Source of the DNA: Eledone cirrhosa | Lineage: Eukaryota | Direction of reading: 5' to 3' | Assembly: GCA_964016885.1 (NCBI GenBank) | Contig: OZ024746.1 | Coordinates: 23,312,001 to 23,376,000, forward strand | Length of the DNA: 64,000 nucleotides | In this document: positions 23,775 through 37,449 of the stretch, piece after piece | How the letters are laid out: the number at the start of each line of letters is the position of its first letter | Position numbering within the stretch: position 1 is the first letter of the stretch | The notes under the pieces: model-generated | Told to the model about the DNA's origin: nothing | Seen by the model: only the letters and a program-made list of their open reading frames with translations | Databases searched by the model: none | Made by a program: the position numbers and the translations under genes

Positions 23775-25547
23775 TTATGATATATCAAAGACATCTCACA
23801 TGTCAGAATATTCTGTGTTAATTAAATGATACCCATTGATGTCGAGATAATGTACTGAGGCCATTTTTTATAGAAAAATATTGAGAAGAAAATTCAGAAA
23901 CAAAAATTGATAAATTTCAATAAAATATAAGTTTGTTCAAATTTTAACCATGTGAAACTGAACATCAAAATAATCAGTTATCCCCCTTACATCAAAGTTC
24001 CACAAGTTTTCCCAGCATGAGTTCAGAAGGGTATGGGAGAAATGGTAAAAAACACTGGTTTTATCTGAGACAGAAGAGTATTTATTGCCAATGATCCTTT
24101 TCAGGACTTTCATGACTGGTGAGAGAAAGGAAGGAAGGCACCCATAAACTGGAGACATGGCCTAAATGTCTTCAACAAACTCTACTGATGTACACAAGAG
24201 CCAGGTCATGTTAAACCAGGCAACAGAATTTTCTGCTCAAATTTAGCCTGAACGTATGGCTGGGTTCATTAACTCCTTTGACACCCACACAACTAAAACC
24301 AACACTGGCTCTATGAAACAAAACCACCCATCTTAAAGGGTTCATATTTAAATTTAAATTGTCCATTAAATCTTCCACAGTAAAGCCATTTAAATACTAA
24401 ATTAATCAAAATACAGCATATGTCATTAAAAACATAACAAAAGGGTTAAATATATTATGTAGTAGGATGAAATGCAATATGTGTAGCCTGCTAGTTGGGA
24501 AGTCAAAATATATTATGTGGTGGGATGGAGTGTAATGTGTGGAGTTTGATGGTTGGGGGTTATGGATTATATTACATGTTACCTGATGGCCAAATTTATA
24601 AAATATATTATATGTAGCCTGAACATAAATTTCTATAATACTGATTTCATCATAATTGTGCCATATGGTTAATATTGGTTTATAATTGTTCTCACAAATT
24701 ACTTTAGTAAATATTTTGCAGCCCTGCTGTGGCAAACATTGACAGCGAGTCACCAATATAGACATGGTTTTAGACAGGGGAAGGGGGCATGGTTTATTAT
24801 TAACTGTGGATCAGTAATGAGGTAGATGTTAAGGTAAAATGATTGCTTATATCTAGGACCCAATTCTTTAAAAAATACAAAAGTACCTCCGATTATACAG
24901 GGTCTATAAAAAAATTACAGAATTGTAAGAATATGAGCATAGAACATTCCCACAAGTGAACTTGATGCCACAATAAGAATCAGGGCAACAGTGAACTCCA
25001 GTCAACAACCTGAAGCAGTTGTTGTGACAGTGATAGTATTGTACATGGAATTAATGTGACAGTGGTAGTATTGTACATGGAATTGATGTGGCAATGCTAC
25101 TATTGTTCATGTAGCAGTCGATGTGGTAGAACATGTAACTAAAGATTCTGGTGACTAAATTCTTTTGTTTTATGGTGATTCAGACATGTAAATGGCATCA
25201 ATTCCTTTATTATGTACATGAAAAGACTTGACAATATCAAATTTGATATTTTATCATTAGTCTGGAGTTAACTGCCTACATTTCTTATACCCAGGTTAAT
25301 CCTCAATAGTGGTTTAACAACAATTGGATTATCAAACCTTTCATTATATTTCTAATGAAAAACAAGAAAAATTTGCTAGAATATTGAGGCCCGAGAAATT
25401 TTCTAGTGGAAAAGCTACATTGGTTGGTGGAGTTACCTAGAGCATATGATACATTCTTTTAATGAAAAACACTGCCTATGATTTTTAATAAAAATGAAAA
25501 TCATCAAGAATTTAGTAATATAACTTTCTCATTATTAAGCTAGTGTT

Positions 25548-25731
25548 AGTGGATTGACAGAATTGTCCCAAGTGTTTGAGAAAAAAAAATGCTGTGCAAG
25601 TTCTTTATGCTCTGATTTCAAATCCTACTATCATCATCTTGGCTTTTCATCCGTCTAAGGTCGATAAAATAAAGTACCAGTCAAATGCTGGGGTCGATTT
25701 AATCAACTTTCCTCTTCACACAAATAGGAAA
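25548..25731 (+). mobile_element. Family A SINE inserted into a piggyBac-type MITE, 19-bp TSD
   Basis: tcattattaa(g/a)ctagtgtt at 25529-25547 and 25732-25750. Core ttttcatccgtctaaggtcgataaaataaagtaccag. Confidence 0.75.
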
Positions 25732-26519
25732 TCATTATTAAACTAGTGTTTGGAACATAATTTAAAAAAGGTTCTTACATAAAATTATGATGGAAGATTT
25801 TTTAAAGCAAACAGTTTTGTATTATAGAAACCAGGAGAGGTTGTGAGTGGTTTGGCTTCAAAAGAGTTAAAGGTGTGACCAAAAAGAGGGTCAGATATGA
25901 ATAGATGCTTTCTGAAATATCTAAGATTTTATTAAATTGTGGAAAACATTAACTATCATCTAACAAGGATCGATATTTTCTATGGATTAGCACGAGACAT
26001 AGATGATTGGAAATTAATGATTACATAATATTGATTTCAATGGTATCTATCGTGCATGTATGATGAGTAATAGACAGGAATGTATGCCATGGCAGTTAAT
26101 TAACCATAAAAATCTAATCAACTACATAATTACACAATTATTTAGTTCCTTAGCTAAATGAACATTAAAGTAGTTCTATAAGAGTTAATGATTATTAACA
26201 CTACCAATACAAAGATAATGATATCTTGATTGGGACAGAAATGGGGGGGGGGGGCATCCTTACTCCTGCCATTTTGGTATATCTAAACTGACTGACAAAC
26301 TACCAAACTACTAACATTATTTGCAGTTTTAAAGTCTGAATGTCAATTCTAAATTTTAACTAAACATTAACTTAAAATCAGGCAAAAAAAAAAAAAATGT
26401 AAGATAAAATCCAGTGGAATAAAAACCAATGTAGATAGTTGGAGAAATATATATGTGGAATTTCATGTAAAATCCAGTAGATATGAAAGTTTGAAAATCT
26501 AACAAAAGCCAAAAGAGTA

Positions 26520-26930
26520 GAAAAAGTAGTTGATAACATGTATTACCTAAGTGGCCTAACCTGCAGACTATGTATTGCATGGTGCTGAGACATGGGTGCT
26601 AAATGTGGAGGATTTGTGAAGGCAGGAAAGAAATGAAGTGGTCATGTTCTGCTGGATGTTTATGGTCAACTTATTTAAATGAGAGCACACGTGTCCTGAG
26701 AGATAAACTGAGCATCAGAGGTATTGCAAGAGAGAAGATCGATAGTTAAGTGTGAAAAAGTGCCTTAACGATGCTGATAGAAGGAGCCCACAGAAGACAA
26801 AAGATGTGGACAGAAGTGGTAAAGACTCGCAAAGGAAATGAAGGATTGTGGAAAATAAAGAGAGGCTGCATTGAAACTTATCTACCCAACCAATGTCAAT
26901 ATGAAAAAGTGTGTGTAAAAATAATGATGA
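26520..26930 (+). mobile_element. Old RTE LINE 3' fragment
   Basis: Remnants such as catggtgctgagacatgg (HG.ETW) and gaaagaaatgaa (ERNE), plus a degenerate gatgatga tail. Confidence 0.6.
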
Positions 26931-27805
26931 CTATAGCTGATCCAAAGGAAGAGGTGAGCTGGAAAGGTAAATCATACACTGCCAAGTTCAAGGAATCTAT
27001 ATGTATTAAACTAGCAATAGAGATCTTATTGAACTTTAACATCAAGTAAAAGTTGAAGCAAATAGATTTGCTGTCTAAATGTAATATACTAGTTAAGGGA
27101 CAGCTTTTATTAATGAGATATTAATTGCATACCAAAACATTAAAACATGAGAAATATTCATTAAAAGTCATGATGATAAAGAAAGGAGACCATAATTTTA
27201 TTTAAGAAATATATAAAAAGTTCCTGTAATTTATATCTTTTAATTCAGCAATCAAAATAATTTCTTATTCAATTACATATCCACTAACAGCTTAATCAAT
27301 AATAAAATCATTAAACTCCCCCAAAAAAATCTTCATTCAACGGGTGACATTTTAACTTTTAACGTCATGTAATGATTTAGCAAAATAGGTTTGTTAATTG
27401 AAATGTTTATTTTATCTTTACTACTGGACATTGTTGTGAAAATTTGCAGCATTAGAGTAAAGTCTAATTTGTCATGTGATGCAGTCAGAGCTGCTTTGTA
27501 CTTTGACACTATTTTGTAAAATGGGATTTTGTTTGGAATAGGAAGTTAATAGTTAAACTCAATAACAAAGCTTTGTTGGAATGCTTTCATTAGTTAACTT
27601 GTCCCCGATGAAACTAGGCTCCACCCACTAAAACTCCCTCTCCCACCCACCCTAGTTAATTCAAGAGAATGAAAAGTTAAATTTCACAATTTTCACACTG
27701 AAATCAGTACTTTGTCCCAATCCACATTAGAATTTTTCTCCTTTCTGGATAATACAATTTATTTTGCCAACTATGTTAAACTATTTCATATCTGTTTTCC
27801 TTACC

Positions 27806-28125
27806 ATCATCACTATTTTACATCTATTTTCTATGCTATCATTGGTAGTATGGGTTGTCACATTCTGAGACTAAACAAGCCACATCTTGCTCATGGTTTC
27901 TACAGTTGGGTGCAATTTTTAACACCGTCAATCACTTTACAGACTGTACTAGGTACATTTTATCATGGCACCAGCATTATCACTTTACACACAGCACTAT
28001 CACTATATAGATTGTACTGAGTACATTTCTTCATAGCACTATCACTTTATAGCATGCACTGGGTACATTTTATCATGGCACCAGCACTATCACTGTACAG
28101 ATTGTATTGGGTCCCTTTTATCATG
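27806..28125 (-). repeat. RTE 3' end with expanded ~45-bp 3' UTR unit
   Basis: atcactttacagactgtactaggtacattttatcatggcaccagc-like units follow an RTE tail. Confidence 0.65.
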
Positions 28126-28931
28126 AAGTTGAGGGCCATTTTATACTTTTATAGAGAGCACTCAATTACACACTTGACTCAGCATATTTTGGACTGTCAT
28201 TCTAACACAGTGTTCTATTTCATTATACTTTGACCACCTGACAATAACAACCAATTTTAAGGTAGTGTCAACAGACACTGCTAAATATTTTATTTCTACT
28301 GTAATTTCATAATTTATTTTACAGATAATATTCTGGGATTGATATAATTGACTTTCTTCTCACCACAAATTGCTGGTCTTGTGCCTAAATTAGAAATCTA
28401 TTAGGTTGGTGTTTACAACAAAGGTTTTTATATGAAGTTAGGATGGAAAGTTAAAATAAAACAGCTTTGTATTATAGAACAAGGAGCAGTTTCAAATGGT
28501 TTAGTATCAATGTTTTTACTTCTAAAAGACAATTTAATAAGATAGAAACAATTATAATCAAATCTACCTTGGCTCACAATTATTAGAAAATAAAGAAAAA
28601 TTCTTATACTTGATTTCATTTAACCCGTTTAACACTAAACTACTTGAACCAGCCCTTATTTCTAGGATAGAAAACCGTTTTAAAGCACTTATAATCATCT
28701 AAAAACATTCCATCATAATTTTATGTAAGAGCCTTTATTATGTTCCAAACACCAGCTTAATAATTAGCTTATTTTACTAATACCTTCCAAATTCTTGATT
28801 ATTTTCAAAATTATTAGCAGTATATTTCATTAGAATTATAATAACGAAAAATTTAAGTTCTTTAACATATTTAGTACCAGTTTTAATCAACAAAAAACTA
28901 AAATATATGAAGAACTGAAAAATATAAAAAC

Positions 28932-29049
28932 CTTTAATTTTGTTCTCCAGACGCGTGTCCAGCTCTCTTTCTTTCCTTATTGCCTCTTCTGATAGCTTAG
29001 GTGCTCCTGGAAAAGCTATGAGGACAATGCTCATGTTATCTCGGCTTCC
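28932..29049 (-). CDS. PPM1B: PPM1A/B-like coding exon 2 (118 nt; [39 protein letters not shown])
   Basis: tttcag|GGA AGC CGA GAT AAC encodes the PP2C GSRDN motif in phase 0 after ...CLYK. Donor G|gtttt, phase 1. Confidence 0.93.
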
Positions 29050-29208
29050 CTGAAAATAGAAAAAAATAAAAATATTTTAAAAAAATAAAAATTTACCGCT
29101 CATACCTATGGCAGTTTAGTTAGCATCTAATGAGGTTGCATCTCATAGGACGGTTCTATTGGAGCAAACAAAGTCATGTTTTTTTGTTGGCTTTTGTTAC
29201 AGCATGCA

Positions 29209-29400
29209 CTGGTGTATTTTGCGACACCAGCATAATGACTAGATGTGTTGGGTGTATTTTGTGGCACCAGCATAACGACTAGATGTATTGGGTGTATTTT
29301 GTGGCACCAGCATAACGACTAGATGTATTGGGTGTATTTTGTGGCACCACCACTACTACTTTACAGTGTACTGGGTGTATTTTATTGTGACCCCAACACT
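29209..29400. repeat. ~40-bp tandem repeat x4
   Basis: gtgtattttgtggcaccagcataacgactagatgtattgg repeated. The last unit grades into ctttacagtgtactgggtg, the RTE 3' UTR unit. Confidence 0.85.
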
Positions 29401-31983
29401 AAAAACGATTGCCCTATCTTAAATAAAACTCAAAAGTCCTTTCTATTTGGACAATCAGCTGTTAAATAAAAAATAAACTGGTCCAATTCAACCATGTTAT
29501 AAAGCAAATACTATCTAGAAGCTAACAGAACTAAAATATTTAAACAGAAACTTCTATGAAACTAGGTCAGTGACTACCTAATTTGACAGTAAACCAGTTA
29601 GTGGTAGATTGTTTTCCTGGGATTAAAAACACTAGTGAGTTGAAACAAGGAAATAATTCTATCCTTCCAACTAACAAAATGAAGCTAATTTATAATTAGT
29701 GAGACACATTAAGTCATGTTCTATTTGGTATTTTAGTTTGAATTCCATTTCCAAACAACCCTTAACTCTACAACTCACATTTAACTGCTGTATTCAGTGA
29801 GCTAAAATTTATTTTTTTTCACTTTTTTATCTAAAAATATTCTTTGTTATAGATCACTCCTGTGTAGTTTTTGCCAGCTTCCTATGAGGCTGTATCTCAT
29901 TGGAGGTTTCTTGAATGTTTTAATGATAAATGACCCAATTCGACCATTAACAGAAAAGCTTACATAAGAAAACTGCAATAGGGAAGTACATACTGTCTGG
30001 GACATTAACATGTATGTATGGTTCTGCACCTGGAAAGTTCTTCAAGGTGAAGGCTTGGGTAAGGATTTTGGAGGAAGACCAGCAATTGCCCATGAATGAA
30101 AATCTCCCCTCCCCATGCCGTAGATGTTATCCAAGAGAAAAACCATGGCCTCTACAGCTTAGCATCAGATTTGTTAGAAGCAAACTCAGAACTCAAAGGG
30201 CTGAAAGAGTTACTGCAAGGTATCACATCTGACGTTTTAACAATTCCACTAATCCACCATCCCAGACTGGTAATTTATCAACCTTGAAAAAATGAACAGC
30301 AAAGTTGACCTGAAACCACAAACAGCTAGAACACTGCAAGACATTATATTTCTAATGAAAGTCACTGAATTTGGAAAGATAGTAATATGACTGAACTTCT
30401 CACTGTCAAGCTGGTGTTTGGAACACAAAGGTTTTTTAATAAAATTATGATAGAAAGTTTTTAGATAAACATTTTAAAATAGACAGTTTTGTATCATAGA
30501 ACTAAGAGCAGTTTCAAGTGGTTTGATTATCGAAGGGGTTAGGTCTAATGTGGAACAATAGCAAGTTTCTTTTTTTTTTGTTTTAAATATTTACTTAGAG
30601 AGTCATTAATAACTCTCTAAGCAACATTTTCTTCATGTTGACAATTAACCAGCAGAACCTAAATATTACTGTACAACACAGCATATAACAGAAAATTTGA
30701 AATAAATATGTCAGTATAACTACAGTTTATATGTGACTGTGAAAACACGAACAAATGTAGAAAACATTGATATTCTCTTAGTACACTGAGAAACATAAGA
30801 TTGCCTTTGCATGTTTCACATGTATTTGGCTGTTCATCAGAAAACAAGTACCATTATTTAAAACTTGTTCCACTAATTTAAATATAAAATTTATAAAATT
30901 ACTAATCCTCGTGCCTTCACAGGGTTATTTATAGTTATGAGATTAAAAATTAAAGATCTTAATTTTAGACTGGATAAATATTTCCTGTTCTTCAAAAAAT
31001 ATATACAATAGATTGTAAGGAATAATTAAAACAAGATATAGTATGGCTCAAAAGTTTTTCTCATTCCATAATTCCATTTATTGTTGTTATTATTATCATT
31101 ATTTATGTGATAAGTAACAATAACCAATTACTGCTTCTTTTCAATGACTTAATAGACACCCAGGTTAAGCAGTACATTTTTGTTGGGCTGTTAATGTAAC
31201 AAACTGTTTAACTTGTATTCATTTCACTCTTTTCACAACGGTAAAAACTCTTAACCTATAATCACTAAACCTAATTTAATAACTGTGTTAATTATATATA
31301 TAGACTTGGTGTTCTCATTACCATCTTTACTTAATGTGGCCAATTTCTAAACCAAAAGGAAACCCATTCATATTGTAGATTTTAATGGAAAAACCATTTA
31401 CTAAATTGGAAGTTAGGAAAGGTTAAATTTTTTTTAGAAGAAAAATGTTCATCATTGCTAATTTAAAACAATGACTTCAGAGAGAGGTGAAGACAGAAAG
31501 ATGTCCTTGATGCAGAACAAGATATGGTCAGAGTAGATGGTAGTAGTAGTAGATTATAACATAGTTGAGGAAACAGATGTATGTAGAGGAATGGAGGAAG
31601 GAAACTTTAAGTTACGGTAACTGGAAGTTTTCGTTGTTGATATCCAGGTGAGTGTGGTGAATGGCAAGGAGAACGGAATGTACATATATATAGACAGGGC
31701 CTTTCAGAATGAAGTTTGAGTAAAGAGTGTAGCCTGGATAGCAAAAGATGGACTATTGATGAGGGTTGGGAGATTTGTGTCTTGGAGAGAAACAAAACAA
31801 TGTGTGGCTTGTGTCGAGAAAGAATGGCCAATGGATTTATGCACACAAAAAATAGTGTCCCCAAACCAATCTAATGTTATACAAAAGCCAAACAAATACT
31901 GACAAAACACCTAATCACAATCGAAACTACCATATACACCATAAAGGATAATGCAATAAACAAAATTATATATATATATATAT

Positions 31984-32130
31984 ATATTTATTAAAATAAC
32001 AGATTAAAGTTTAAGCAAAGAATCGTTGCTTTCACCCTTAACGCAATCTCTTCTGAGCTTCAGAAGATCTCGTTAAGGGTGAAAGCAGCGATTCTTTGCT
32101 TAAACTTTAATCTGTTATTTTAATAAATAT
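31984..32130. repeat. Near-perfect 147-bp palindrome between (TA)n tracts
   Basis: 60-bp arms with one mismatch, plus an inner tcttctga/tcagaaga pair. Confidence 0.92.
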
Positions 32131-32431
32131 TTGCTCTACAGTTCTTATATATTTGATATATATTTATCCTTATCGAGCCTTCTTTGGATTTTAGTCTTCA
32201 AATTTATTATTATTACTATATATATATATATATCATCATCATCATTTTAAGTCCGCTTTTCTCTGCTTGCAAGGGTGGGACAGGAACTGATTCTGGCTTG
32301 GTTTCTACAGCTGGATGCCCTTCCTAACACCAACCTCATTTACAGTGCTTTTTTGCTGGGTGCTTTTTTACCGTGGCACCTCCACGACCACTTTACAGTG
32401 GAATAGGGACCCCAGTCCCTATCATCTCATT

Positions 32432-32566
32432 TCTACAGCTGAGTAAACTGGAGCAATGTGAAATAAAGTGTCTTGCTCAAGGAAACAACACATCACCCAG
32501 TCTGAGAATTGAACTCACAACCTTTCGATTGCAAGGCCAATGCTCTAACCACTAAGCCATGTGCCT
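32432..32566 (-). mobile_element. tRNA-derived SINE, family B (5' part)
   Basis: A-box TGGCTTAGTGG, B-box GAGTTCAATTC and CORE-like TCCTTGAGCAAGACACTT. Highly similar to 44985-45116. Confidence 0.8.
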
Positions 32567-32568
32567 CC

Positions 32569-32605
<37 letters not shown>

Positions 32606-34430
32606 ATGTCCTGGATACAGGTTCGATTCCTCATAACGGCTAATTGCATCTTTTCCATCTTTAAGCTTCTTCATTCTATAGCATTTCTGTGCATGTGTAC
32701 ACCACTTTATATTATATATATATATATATATATTAGTATTAGTTACTAGACAAGGATTGTGTATAAAACCCATTAAAATATTTATATTCATCTAAAAACC
32801 TTCCATCATAATTTTATGTAAGAATGTTATGTTCTAAACACCAGCTTAATTATGAGAAAAAAAATCTTCCAAATTTTTATTATTTTCAAAATAATTTGAA
32901 AATCATAGGCTGTAAAACATTAGAAATATGGTAATGGAAGGGTTAATTAAACATAGCAATCCTATAGAAACAGTAAAGTAACTACTTTTAGAAAACTGAA
33001 AATGATTATTTCTTTTACAAAACTATTTCAATATTGTTCAACACAGAGTTAGATACCCGTTGTTAAAATTATTATAACTATTATGTTCAGTTGGTGCTGG
33101 CAACAAGCCATATTAGATAGTAATCAATCTTGGCTCTATATACTAGGGTGAAGGGATGGGGTAAAATAAGTATTGTGAAGCAAAAAAAAAAAAAAAAAAA
33201 GGCTTGCATAGCAAAGTGTAAGGTAGAACTGTCTTGGGCTGCTTGAGGAAAATTTGCTTCTTCATCTGATTCAATAAAGCATCAAATGAGGAGTTGTATC
33301 AGGAACAAAAACGTGGGTATTTAGTGCTTGAGGCAAGCTCCACAATGTGTGTCCTTTTTACCTAGTTGTGTCCCATTCTCCCAAATAAAATAATTTCAAC
33401 TTACAGTTTGATAAGCTGATGAACCTAGTTTTTGACACTTGTTCTGACTACATGATTAATCACACGAGACAAGGTAGAGAAAGTTACTAAAATATACCCA
33501 GTACATTCTAGAGTGTAGGGAATGTGTGCATGTGAGGTGCAGCCCTGGGCCAGATGAGAGGTCAGTGACTTCAAATAATGACATGGTCTGCGACAACTTA
33601 TTCAACCTTGCTAGTAGGGAAAACAAACGTTAAATGCTTATATATATATATATATATATAATGCATGTGTGAAATTATAACTACCTCACACATGGAGTAT
33701 GAGATGGTTTATGTTAGTTATTTCCCATGTACAATCACTATCTGTGAGAGATAGACACCTCTGGACATCAGCAGCTATTACATATTATCTATGTATTGTT
33801 ACCACTAAAATAATTGTAGGTTTCTAAGAAAGACAATTCATTCTAAGTATGAAACTTTTAATTATATTACTTCACAATGATAACTGCAACTCTAGCTGAT
33901 TGTTGCATTCCTTCACCATCTTGACAACTTAGGACCAATATTAACCAAAACTTTCTCGCTCCTTTTTTTCCTAGCTGACAAGTAACTTCATGTAATTTTT
34001 CTCTCCTTTTTCTGTTTCTTAACCCCGACTTTCTTCCTACTAACAAAACACTCCTTCCAATGGTTGACTAGCATCCAAAACAAACACTTTTTTAACTTCT
34101 TATAAACATTATACTATTAGTTGTCTGAGGAACATCTGCTGGGGATCTACATGATAAATGAACCCTGTAGACTCTGTAAAGTAGTTGGTGATGCAATCTT
34201 TAGCTATACAAAAACATGGCAACCTCCATAAGATGCACTCAGGGTGCAGGATTGTATGTAAGCGAGACGCAGGACCACTGGCCTGTTGCAGTCATGGCTA
34301 GAGTGTGGGAACATATGTAAGCAGGATGTAGATCCCTGACTCATCAGAGATCAGTAGATCCAGTTGAGTACTGATTGTTCTCTGATGAGGTAATGCGTTG
34401 TTCTCTGGTATTTTTCTTCATATTCTTTAC

Positions 34431-34496
<66 letters not shown>

Positions 34497-37449
34497 CCAA
34501 GCCAACAATTCTTAAAATGGTAGGTATAAATGGAGACAATGTAGAATTGAGTGGATTCTTTAACACTCTACAAGTAACTAACTGCCTAATACACAGCATA
34601 AAAGCATAATGCCATGCACAGCATAAAAGTTGGCTAGTTTTATTGTTGTTGGATGCACAAGATGTTGAAGGACCATGGCATGTGGTGTGGCAAGAGAAAG
34701 AGTTATAGTGATTTGTGTGGCAAGATAAAGAGCTACAATGAGTAGCATGGAAAGATGATGGACCCTGGTGAGTTGCATGGCAAGACCAATGGGTGTGGTG
34801 AGTAACATGACAAAACCAAAGTCGGTGTTTTGAGCATAATCTAACAGTTTCATACATAAAAACATGATGGAAGATTTTTAGATAAATATATGATAAAACA
34901 GTTTTGTATCATAGAATCAGGAGTGGTTTAGGTTTAGTTTAGAGTATGCCAATTTCAGGGCTACGCAATAAATAGGACCCGTTAGTCTTGCCAGTACCAA
35001 GAAAATCTCATTAGTACTGGCATCATCATAAACGTATCTGGTATACTGGAAAGTGGCTGATGGGATATCCAACTGTAGAATCCAGATCAAAAATGTAATT
35101 TAGGAGTGAGACATTGGACTACATAGGAAGGCAGTAAATAAAATGTGACTGACCATAACAAACCATCCAACTCATGTCAACATGGAAACAAGAATATAAA
35201 ATGATATTTATAACCATTTTTCATACTACTACTCTGTTAAGAAATATAAATTATGAGTGTTTTTAGGATGCAAATTCTGTTGTTTAAGCTTCACTGCACC
35301 ACCATATTATATATTACAGCACTACATAAGTTGCTAATATCTCAAATTAGTGGAACTGTGTTGCATTGTAAAATATCCACATTTTTATGACAACATACTC
35401 TCAAACACATATCAAAGAAGAACATGAATTTTCTAAATATTTTTTACCATAATATATTCTGATTATTAGTTACTTCTTTAATCCTTTTGATACCAACAGC
35501 ATCGAAATTGGCTCAGTTCTATGAAACAAAACCAAATGCTTTAAGGGATCTTGTATAAATTAAAATCTCCTGACATAATTTGATATAAGAACCATCTGTT
35601 ACATATACAGTCGTAATAATGAAATAATAATCTTGGTAAATCCATCCAAATTCTTTATTAATTGAAATAGAATGCATTTCAATAGAAATATGGTAATGAA
35701 AGGGTTAAAAGAAAGTAACTATTAGCCCTTACAGCAATGTCAGGTTGATACATTGGCCTAAAAACATAGCACTCTTGCCAGTATCCTCCAAACAAACCAA
35801 TAATACTGTGGGTTACACTTTATGGTTAGCAGACATTGTTTATGGAAGTTTACTGTTAGGTTTTATGAGAGATTGAGCGATATCAATGATGACAGTAGTA
35901 GTTATGATATTGATGATCCTGGTTATTTTTGGTATAACTATCTGCTAAAAATTGGACAATTTGTATAGCTTGGGTCATTATGGTGGATGGTAACCTTTGC
36001 AACAAGTCATAACTTTACTATTTGGACAAATGTTCACTAGTATGCATAAATAGTTAAATTTTAACAGGTTCTGTTAGCACTATTAGTCAATTTTACAAAA
36101 AATTTATCATTTGTAGCACATCTGAGTGAGACTATGCTGTTCATGACAATTACCCTAAAGCATGTTTTGTTGTTCAGTAAAAAAGGTCATGGTGTTAAAA
36201 GGGTCAAATACAATATCTCTATAATATACTTCCTTTCTCTTATATGACTTTACTTGATTAACAAACTTCAGTCTGCATCATACATTTTAATCATTATTGA
36301 TAATTTAACTATCAACCTCCTGTAATGACTTAGCAGAAAATATCTAAAAATAGGTTAATTCAAATGTTTACTGAATTTTTTAGTTGGAGCAATTGTGAAA
36401 ATCTGCAGTATTAGAGTAAGGACTACAAATTTTTGGTGATACACTTGTAATGCTGTTTTATACTTTTCATGAATACCTTGTTAACATGGTTTCATGTGGC
36501 ACAGGATGTTAAGAGTTAATAAGCTACATTCAGACAGTAATTCAGACAATTGTAGGGAGATCAACATTAATTCAACATGTGATAAGTAAAAGCAAAACTA
36601 GTTCAAGTAACTAGTATATGTCAGTCTGAGAGATAAGAAAAGACAATAACAAGTACAAAGGTATGAAGAAAGGTATACTGGTGACTAATAATGTCTTTCT
36701 ATCCTCCTCCCTACCAGACACTATCAGGAATAGTCAAGGAAAGTCACTTGTTACGTTCTGAATACACTTCAATTCCTTTCATTTCTATAGATGAAAAATA
36801 TATATATATATATATTTCAGTTTTAAGTAAAAAATCTGCTACTATGAAATATATTATTTTGTATTTTTTTCTATGCCTTTCATGCTGGCATGGGCTGGAC
36901 AAGATGACATGGCCTGAGAAAAATATGGTCACATAACCACATCTTGCTCATGCATTTCATATTTTGGCATGGTTTCTACAATTTGATGCCCTTCCTAATG
37001 CAAACTACTTTACAGAGTATTTTATTGTAGTGCTAGCACCACCACCACTTTAACCTTTAGCACGCTGAATCTTTTAATGAATTGCTTCCCTTGACATCGT
37101 ACTATGTATTAAGGGGAGATTACTCTTTTGGCGACAATGCACCTAGAGCTCCCAGAAGGTTAAAAAGAGTACTGGATGCATTTTATCATTGTACTGGTAC
37201 TATCACGTGACAGTATACTAAGTACATTTCATTACAAAATATTAGACAGTGACCAACTACATTAGTTCTCCCTTTTGATACTAAACTGTCTGAAACTAAT
37301 CTTAGTAATACGATAAAAATAAACTGAGTTAATAAATTTAAATCTTCAATTCTGATTTTATGTAAGAACCTTTATGTTTCAGCTTAATGATATTAATAAA
37401 TCCTACCAAATTCTTCATTATTTTCATAATTAATTGAAACTATATTTCA

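Noticed and set aside
34351-34865. 168-aa His/Cys-rich ORF
   Set aside because: Degenerate ~30-bp repeat plus a (CA)n tract, with no splice or homology support.
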